Under the pieces are notes generated by a model that saw only the letters and a list, made by a program, of their open reading frames with translations, was not told where the DNA came from and did not search any database. A program made the position numbers and the translations under genes. A stretch of DNA of 58,736 nt, from positions 1-58,736 of the forward strand of contig CAYTHS010000004.1 of NCBI GenBank assembly GCA_964437665.1, written 5' to 3'. How positions within the stretch are numbered: the first letter of the stretch is position 1; every line of letters starts with the position of its first letter. The DNA comes from an uncultured Oscillospiraceae bacterium. GTDB taxonomy: Bacteria > Bacillota > Clostridia > Christensenellales > CAG-138. Shown in pieces: positions 53,401-58,736 of this stretch.

Positions 53401-53445
53401 GGATTAGGCCGTGGGATTGTGTTCTGACGAGCAGGAGGCGCTGGA

Positions 53446-53658
53446 ATGATGCCGCTGACATTGGCACAACAGGGGGAGACGAACTATATCCAAAAGATTA
53501 CCGGAAAGGACGAGGTGCGCCAGCATCTTGCGGAACTTGGTTTCGTGGTAGGCGGGCGTGTGACGGTGGTCAGTGTCGTCGCCGGAAACATGATTCTGCA
53601 GGTCAAGGATTGCCGCGTAGCGCTAAACCGGGACATGGCGCAGCGCATCATGATATAA
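53446..53658 (+). CDS. feoA: Ferrous iron transport protein A
   Basis: HLAELGFVVG..VTV, NMILQVKDCRVAL....A.RI. Confidence 0.92.
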   Translation: MMPLTLAQQGETNYIQKITGKDEVRQHLAELGFVVGGRVTVVSVVAGNMILQVKDCRVALNRDMAQRIMI

Positions 53659-53673
53659 AAAAGGAGGCAACTT

Positions 53674-53895
53674 ATGAAAACGCTGAGGGATGTGAAGATC
53701 GGCCGCACGGCAAAGGTGCTGCGGCTGCATGGCGAGGGTGCGCTTAAGCGGCGCATTATGGATATGGGAATCACCAACGGCACGGAGATTTACGTGCGTA
53801 AAGTAGCGCCGCTGGGCGACCCGATGGAAGTAACCGTGCGCGGTTATGAGCTTTCCGTGCGCAAGAGCGATGCGGAAAACATAGAAGTTTCGTAA
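53674..53895 (+). CDS. feoA: Ferrous iron transport protein A (second copy)
   Basis: RRIMDMGIT.G.EI.VRKVAPLGDP.E...RGYELS.RK..A. Confidence 0.95.
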   Translation: MKTLRDVKIGRTAKVLRLHGEGALKRRIMDMGITNGTEIYVRKVAPLGDPMEVTVRGYELSVRKSDAENIEVS

Positions 53896-53946
53896 ACGGG
53901 GGTTTGTTTCGGATGGCGGGCGGCCGCCGATTTTTTCGGGACGTAA

Positions 53947-53962
53947 GTTAACAGCATCTAAC
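53947..53962. promoter_or_regulatory. Third GTTA(A/G)-N6-CTAAC box directly upstream of feoB
   Basis: gttaa-cagcat-ctaac. Confidence 0.5.
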
Positions 53963-53980
53963 TGGAAAGAGGAGGTTTCT

Positions 53981-56140
53981 ATGGCAATTAAGATTGCGCT
54001 TGCCGGCAACCCGAACAGCGGCAAGACGACGATGTTCAATGAACTGACGGGCAGTGCGCAGTATGTGGGCAACTGGCCCGGCGTGACCGTTGAAAAAAAA
54101 GAAGGAAAGATTAAAGGGCGTTCGGAGGCGATTCTGCAGGACCTGCCGGGTATCTATTCGCTTTCGCCGTATACGCTCGAAGAGGTGATTGCGCGCAGCT
54201 ATCTTGTCAATGAACGGCCGGACGCGATCATCGACATTGTGGACGGAAGCAACCTCGAGCGCAACCTTTACCTGACGACACAGCTTCTCGAACTTGGCAT
54301 TCCGACGCTGGTTGCACTGAACATGATCGACATTGTGCGTAAACACGGCGACGTGATCGACATCAAGAAACTCGGTGAAGCGCTTGGCTGCGAGGTGGTC
54401 GAAACCTCCGCGCTCAAAGGTTACGGTGCGAAGGAAGCGGCTGAAAAGGCCATAACTTTAGCAAAAAGAGGCGTTTCCGGCGAGCCGCCGCATGTTTTCT
54501 CCGGCAGTGTGGAGCACGCAATCGCGCACATCGAAGAATCGATAGAGGATAAAGTTCCGGCGATTCTTTTACGCTGGTATGCCGTTAAGCTGTTCGAGCG
54601 CGATGAGAAAGTGCTTGCCGAGCTCAAACTCGACGCAGGAACGCACGCGCATATCGAAGAGCATATCGCCGACTGCGAAAAGGAACTCGACGACGACGCA
54701 GAAAGCATCATCACCAATCAGCGTTACGCTTATATCAGCCGCATTATGGACCTTTGCGTCGTTAAAAAACATAAGGGTGTCAAGCTCAACGCATCCGACA
54801 AGACCGACCGAATCGTAACCAACCGATGGCTGGCGTTGCCGATTTTTGTGGTTGTGATGTTCGTTGTGTATTATATTTCCGTAACGACAATCGGCGCGGT
54901 CGTGACCGACTTTACCAATGACACGTTCTTTGGGGAGTGGATTGCGGGTAATCTTGGCGCGTGGTTCGAGGCGGTGAACGTGGCTCCCTGGCTCAGCGGG
55001 TTGATCGTGGACGGCATCGTCGGCGGCGTGGGCGCTGTCATCGGCTTCGTTCCACAGATGCTGGTGCTCTTCTTCCTTCTGGCGCTGCTTGAAGACGTCG
55101 GCTACATGGCGCGCGTCGCGTTCATCATGGACCGCATCTTCCGCAAGTTTGGTCTCTCCGGCAAGTCGTTTATCCCGATGCTCATCGGTTCGGGCTGTTC
55201 GATTCCGGGTATTATGGCCAGCCGTACGATTGAGAACCAGCGTGACCGGCGCATGACCATTATGACCACGGCGTTTATCCCCTGCGGTGCGAAAATGCCG
55301 ATTATCGCGCTGTTTGCCGGCGCGATCTTCGGCGGCGCATGGTGGGTTGCGTCGAGCGCGTATTTCATCGGGGTGGCTGCGGTTATCGTCAGCGGTATCC
55401 TCCTGAAAAAGACAAAGGCGTTTGCGGGCGATCCCGCGCCGTTCGTCATGGAATTGCCGGCCTATCACGCGCCTTCTATGAAAAACGTGTTGCGCAGCAC
55501 CTGGGAGCGCGGCTGGAGCTTCATCAAGCGTGCTGGAACGATCATCCTGGCTTCTGCGATCGTTTTGTGGTTCCTGCAGGGATTCGGTGTGATCGACGGC
55601 GTGTTCGGCATGGTTGAGGACAACAACACGAGCCTGCTGGCCGCCGTCGGCAATTTCATTTCGCCTATCTTTGCGCCGCTGGGGTTCGGGAGTTGGAAAC
55701 CTGCCGTTGCAACATTTACCGGCCTGATCGCCAAAGAGAATGTTGTAAACACCTTCGGCGTGCTCTACGGGTTTGCCGAAGTCGCCGAGGACGGCTTGGA
55801 AATCTGGAGCAACATTGCGCTGGATTTCACCGCGCTGAGCGCATACAGCTTCATGCTCTTCAACCTGCTCTGCGCACCGTGCTTCGCGGCGATGGGCGCG
55901 ATCAAGACTGAGATGAACAGCGCAAAATGGACCTGGGGCGCGATCGGTTATATGACGGTGTTCGCTTACGCGGTGTCGCTGATCGCCAACCAGCTTGGCC
56001 TTTGGATCGGTGGAAACGGATTCACGGCCGGTACGGCCGTCGGACTGATCGTCCTGGCTGTTCTGCTCTTCTTCCTGTTGCGTAAGAACCCTTATGAATC
56101 CAAAAACAAACTGGCGAAAGGAGTGGTTGAAACATGCTGA
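53981..56140 (+). CDS. feoB: Ferrous iron transporter B
   Basis: GNPNSGKTT, VGNWPGVTVEKK, DLPGIYSL, NMID, PCGAK, FVMELP.Y. Confidence 0.97.
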   Translation: MAIKIALAGNPNSGKTTMFNELTGSAQYVGNWPGVTVEKKEGKIKGRSEAILQDLPGIYSLSPYTLEEVIARSYLVNERPDAIIDIVDGSNLERNLYLTTQLLELGIPTLVALNMIDIVRKHGDVIDIKKLGEALGCEVVETSALKGYGAKEAAEKAITLAKRGVSGEPPHVFSGSVEHAIAHIEESIEDKVPAILLRWYAVKLFERDEKVLAELKLDAGTHAHIEEHIADCEKELDDDAESIITNQRYAYISRIMDLCVVKKHKGVKLNASDKTDRIVTNRWLALPIFVVVMFVVYYISVTTIGAVVTDFTNDTFFGEWIAGNLGAWFEAVNVAPWLSGLIVDGIVGGVGAVIGFVPQMLVLFFLLALLEDVGYMARVAFIMDRIFRKFGLSGKSFIPMLIGSGCSIPGIMASRTIENQRDRRMTIMTTAFIPCGAKMPIIALFAGAIFGGAWWVASSAYFIGVAAVIVSGILLKKTKAFAGDPAPFVMELPAYHAPSMKNVLRSTWERGWSFIKRAGTIILASAIVLWFLQGFGVIDGVFGMVEDNNTSLLAAVGNFISPIFAPLGFGSWKPAVATFTGLIAKENVVNTFGVLYGFAEVAEDGLEIWSNIALDFTALSAYSFMLFNLLCAPCFAAMGAIKTEMNSAKWTWGAIGYMTVFAYAVSLIANQLGLWIGGNGFTAGTAVGLIVLAVLLFFLLRKNPYESKNKLAKGVVETC

Positions 56141-56304
56141 AATGGCTGAGCGCAAACTGGGCTTCCCTTGTCGTGGGATTGGTGCTCGCCTGTATCGTCG
56201 CCGCTGTAATCGTCAAGATGGTCCGTGATAAAAAGCGCCATAAGAGTACCTGCGGCTGCTCCTGCGCAGGGTGCCCGGGATCGGATATCTGCCACAGGGG
56301 CTGA
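56134..56304 (+). CDS. FeoB-associated Cys-rich small membrane protein (56 aa; not in ORF track)
   Basis: My translation: MLKWLSANWASLVVGLVLACIVAAVIVKMVRDKKRHKSTCGCSCAGCPGSDICHRG. RBS AAAGGAG; overlaps the feoB stop. Confidence 0.85.
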   Translation: MLKWLSANWASLVVGLVLACIVAAVIVKMVRDKKRHKSTCGCSCAGCPGSDICHRG

Positions 56305-56342
56305 TGAGGCAAGTAAGGGCGTGGAGTGAAAACTCCGCGCCT

Positions 56343-56537
56343 GAGGCCGTTAAAACCCTTTTTTTTGACGGAGCAACTACGTTTTGCCTTTCGTCCTTCG
56401 GACTCCCGGGCGGCAAAGCGCACAGAGAAACCGCCCGTTCTGGGTGATCGTACTGCGCCGGATGAACCGGCGCAGCCGGAATATACGGGTTAAGGGGTGC
56501 GGCCCTTAACAATCCCAGGAACTTTTTTGACAGGCTG
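56343..56537 (+). mobile_element. MITE-like family 1, copy E (195 bp), flanked by a 26-bp duplicated hairpin
   Basis: GAGGCCGTTAAAA...TTTTTTGACAGGCTG. Flanks gggcgtggagtgaaaactccgcgcct (56317-56342) and gggcgcggggtgaaaactccgcgcct (56538-56563). Confidence 0.8.
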
Positions 56538-56625
56538 GGGCGCGGGGTGAAAACTCCGCGCCTCAGGTTATGTACAGTAGTTTTTGATCGGCAACGGTCG
56601 TGCGGGAAAACACGCCGCGGGGAAT

Positions 56626-57693
56626 CTATTCAAGCAGGGCTTTGCGCAGCAGATCGGAAAGTTCGCCGATGCGGCCTGCGTTGAAAGAATAGTTGAGTTT
56701 TACGCCTTGCTTTTCGATGCTTACCATGCCGGTGCTTGCCAGTTCGTTCATATGATGCGAGACCGTTGCGGCGGAGAGCCCCGTGAGCGCAACGATCTCC
56801 TGTCCGCAGAGCGGGGTGCTTTTGAGGGCGGTCAGGATTTCAAGCCGGCGTTTGTCGTCAAGCACATGTAACAGTGTGAGCAGAGACTCCGCCGTGTCCC
56901 GCTCCGTTTCGGCACAACTGTTGATGCGGTCGATAAGGCAGCCGTAAGCGATGAACGTATGCTCCGGTTCGCCGAAGTGCGACGCGGCGGCAATGTTGGA
57001 AAAAAGCGCAATGCCGGAGAACTGGAAAACAAAAGGAAAGACGTCAGCGTTGATGCAGTCCAGCTTCAGACCGGCTTCGGCCAGGTGTGAAAAGAGTTTT
57101 CCTCCGCTCGGGTCGTCGGAGAAGCCGCTCAGCGCGGCGTCTGCATACGGCTGGAGCAGATCGGTTTTTTCGCGGACCAGTGCTTCCGTGTGATCGAGCA
57201 GCAGATCGAGCCTTGCTTGGTATTCGTTGTAGTGCAGGCATGAGTCTGTGAACAGCCAGCGCGCTTCGTTTGATACGGGCAGTGTATGCGCGAAGGCGAG
57301 CAGGCTGGAAATATCCGCGTGGTCATAATCCGGTTCCGCATCCGGGTCTTTGGCCATAACGGCGATGCGCATATTCAGATCCTGTACCCGCTCTTTACCG
57401 AGGACGCGGGCGAGCAGCAGAAACGCCTCGTAGATGCTGCTTTGCAGCCCGTCGCATACGCCGAAGAGCGTAAGCAGTTCCTCTTCGTCGTATTCGAGAC
57501 GGGATTTGATATATGCATACGCCTCCGTCAATCCAGCGAACTCTTCGATCGGTACGCCGTATTTACGGCTGTAATATGCCGCCGCGGAACGCATGTCGCC
57601 CGCGGCTTGCGAATCGCCGCGGTATGCGAGGCGCAAGAGAAACGAACCTGCTTCCAGGCGTGGATCGAGCGGTAAAAATCGAATGGTGCTCAT
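56626..57693 (-). CDS. ArsR/SmtB family transcriptional regulator (C-terminal wHTH, long N-terminal domain)
   Basis: LDDKRRLEIL..L, EIVALTGLSAATVSHHMNEL...GMV. Confidence 0.85.
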   Translation of the reverse strand: MSTIRFLPLDPRLEAGSFLLRLAYRGDSQAAGDMRSAAAYYSRKYGVPIEEFAGLTEAYAYIKSRLEYDEEELLTLFGVCDGLQSSIYEAFLLLARVLGKERVQDLNMRIAVMAKDPDAEPDYDHADISSLLAFAHTLPVSNEARWLFTDSCLHYNEYQARLDLLLDHTEALVREKTDLLQPYADAALSGFSDDPSGGKLFSHLAEAGLKLDCINADVFPFVFQFSGIALFSNIAAASHFGEPEHTFIAYGCLIDRINSCAETERDTAESLLTLLHVLDDKRRLEILTALKSTPLCGQEIVALTGLSAATVSHHMNELASTGMVSIEKQGVKLNYSFNAGRIGELSDLLRKALLE

Positions 57694-57833
57694 ATGCGTA
57701 CCTCCTTGCCGTACAATTTGTGTTCAGCCTGTTTACAGTGCTTCATAGCAGAAAAACGTAGCCTGCATGAAAATCAGGTGCATTTGCATTTCGCTCCTTT
57801 CTCAGTCGGGCGGTCGGGAAGGGGAGAAGACGC

Positions 57834-58736
57834 TCAAAGCGCGTAGAGGTTTTTTACACGCGCGATTGAAAGGTACAAAGCGATCGCGACAACACCGGAA
57901 GCGAAGATTGCGGAACCGATCGGCAGCACGGCCGCCAGGCCTGAGCAGATGAAACTCCCGATGGGGAACGAACACACGAGGATGGCGTTGGAAAGCCCGG
58001 AAAGCCGCGCCATATAGTCGGGCGGTACGAGCTTGAGCAGCGCTGTGCCGAACACCACGTTGACGATACCCGCACCGAGGCCGATCAATAAACACGCAAA
58101 GAACACGGCTCCGAAACGAAGCGGCGCCCCGGACAGGTTTCCGCCAAGCGCGAACAGGCAGATGCCGACGCCCTGCGCAATTCCGAAAAACACAAGCTGC
58201 AGCCGTTCGCTCAGGCGATTAATCCGCGGCGCAACCGCCGAACCGAGCGCCATTCCAGCAACGAAGATGATTTGGATGATTGAAAGCGTTTCCGCGCCGC
58301 CGTGCAGTACCTCGGCGATGAACGGTACGGCAAAGGTGTTGAGCGGCACGAAGGTGAAGTTCATTAATGCGCCGAGCAGAAGCAGCGTCAGCAGAACGCT
58401 TTTTTCGCGGATTAGCCGAAACCCACCGCTAAGGCTCTCCAGCGTGGAACGGATGTTTATTCGGGAAGTATCCAGCGTTTCATGCAGGTGGATGAAGACG
58501 ATGATGAGCGCTGAGAGGAAAAACGTCCCCGCGTCGATGAGCAGCGCGCCTTCGCAGCCGATCAGCGCGACCACGCCGCCCGCAATCGCCAGGCCGGCCA
58601 ATTCGGCGATACGGCTTGCGCTCTGGTTGAGCGCCGTGCCGGTTTTGTACAGGTCTTCCTTGATTAGTTTCGGTACGATGGCGGCGCCGGCTGGGGCGCG
58701 AAAAGCTTCCATGGTGGAAATGATGAGCGTCATGAC
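57834..58736 (-). CDS. MFS transporter (macrolide efflux/DHA3-like), 5' end outside window
   Basis: Hydrophobic helices. AFRAPA..AIVPKLI, LYKTGTALNQSA, VP..YMARLSG. Frame is open at the window edge. Confidence 0.85.
   Translation of the reverse strand, partial: VMTLIISTMEAFRAPAGAAIVPKLIKEDLYKTGTALNQSASRIAELAGLAIAGGVVALIGCEGALLIDAGTFFLSALIIVFIHLHETLDTSRINIRSTLESLSGGFRLIREKSVLLTLLLLGALMNFTFVPLNTFAVPFIAEVLHGGAETLSIIQIIFVAGMALGSAVAPRINRLSERLQLVFFGIAQGVGICLFALGGNLSGAPLRFGAVFFACLLIGLGAGIVNVVFGTALLKLVPPDYMARLSGLSNAILVCSFPIGSFICSGLAAVLPIGSAIFASGVVAIALYLSIARVKNLYAL

Noticed and set aside
54569-56155. 528-aa minus-strand ORF
   Set aside because: Antisense shadow of feoB with no recognisable domain or RBS.

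Overview
A GC-rich window from an anaerobic Firmicute (Clostridia-like, inferred from gene content and sigma70-type promoters with AGGAGG RBS). No CRISPR, rRNA, tRNA, prophage or intact transposase is visible. Several starts below are refined from RBS and homology and differ from the ORF track. (1) Positions 1-37.4 kb hold a catabolic super-cluster that mixes purine/pyrimidine-type degradation genes with homologues of archaeal/methylotroph tetrahydromethanopterin (H4MPT)/methanofuran C1 enzymes. The degradation set comprises two xanthine-dehydrogenase-family Mo enzymes, a YgeY-like M20 hydrolase, two deaminase-type amidohydrolases, dihydropyrimidinase, a PreA-like flavoprotein lacking its catalytic loop, a BMP nucleoside ABC transporter, an ECF transporter, a PfkB kinase, a 2-oxoacid/acetoin dehydrogenase complex and a split sarcosine-oxidase/Hcn-type complex. 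The C1 set is fhcA/fwdA, fhcC/fwdC, an MptN/Orf5-like RimK ligase and two divergent Mch cyclohydrolases embedded inside the catabolic operon. Its two divergent promoter regions share a GCACA-N2-TGTGC palindrome, and a 6S-like RNA lies in the middle. (2) Positions 38.2-45.1 kb hold a three-gene operon: a ~1550-aa HD/helical-repeat/NadD-like/GNAT-like/PRTase-like protein, an LDH-fold protein with an altered active site, and an iron-sulfur flavoprotein-like protein. (3) Positions 45-58.7 kb are ordinary accessory and housekeeping genes (methyltransferase, DUF1836, degV, TspO-like, uvsE, Nudix, lgt, feoAAB plus Cys-rich peptide, ArsR, MFS). Two MITE-like families are present; one duplicates the terminator hairpins it inserts into. 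The best candidates for undescribed biology are the Mch/Fhc-containing heterocycle catabolic pathway and the HD-NadD-PRTase operon.
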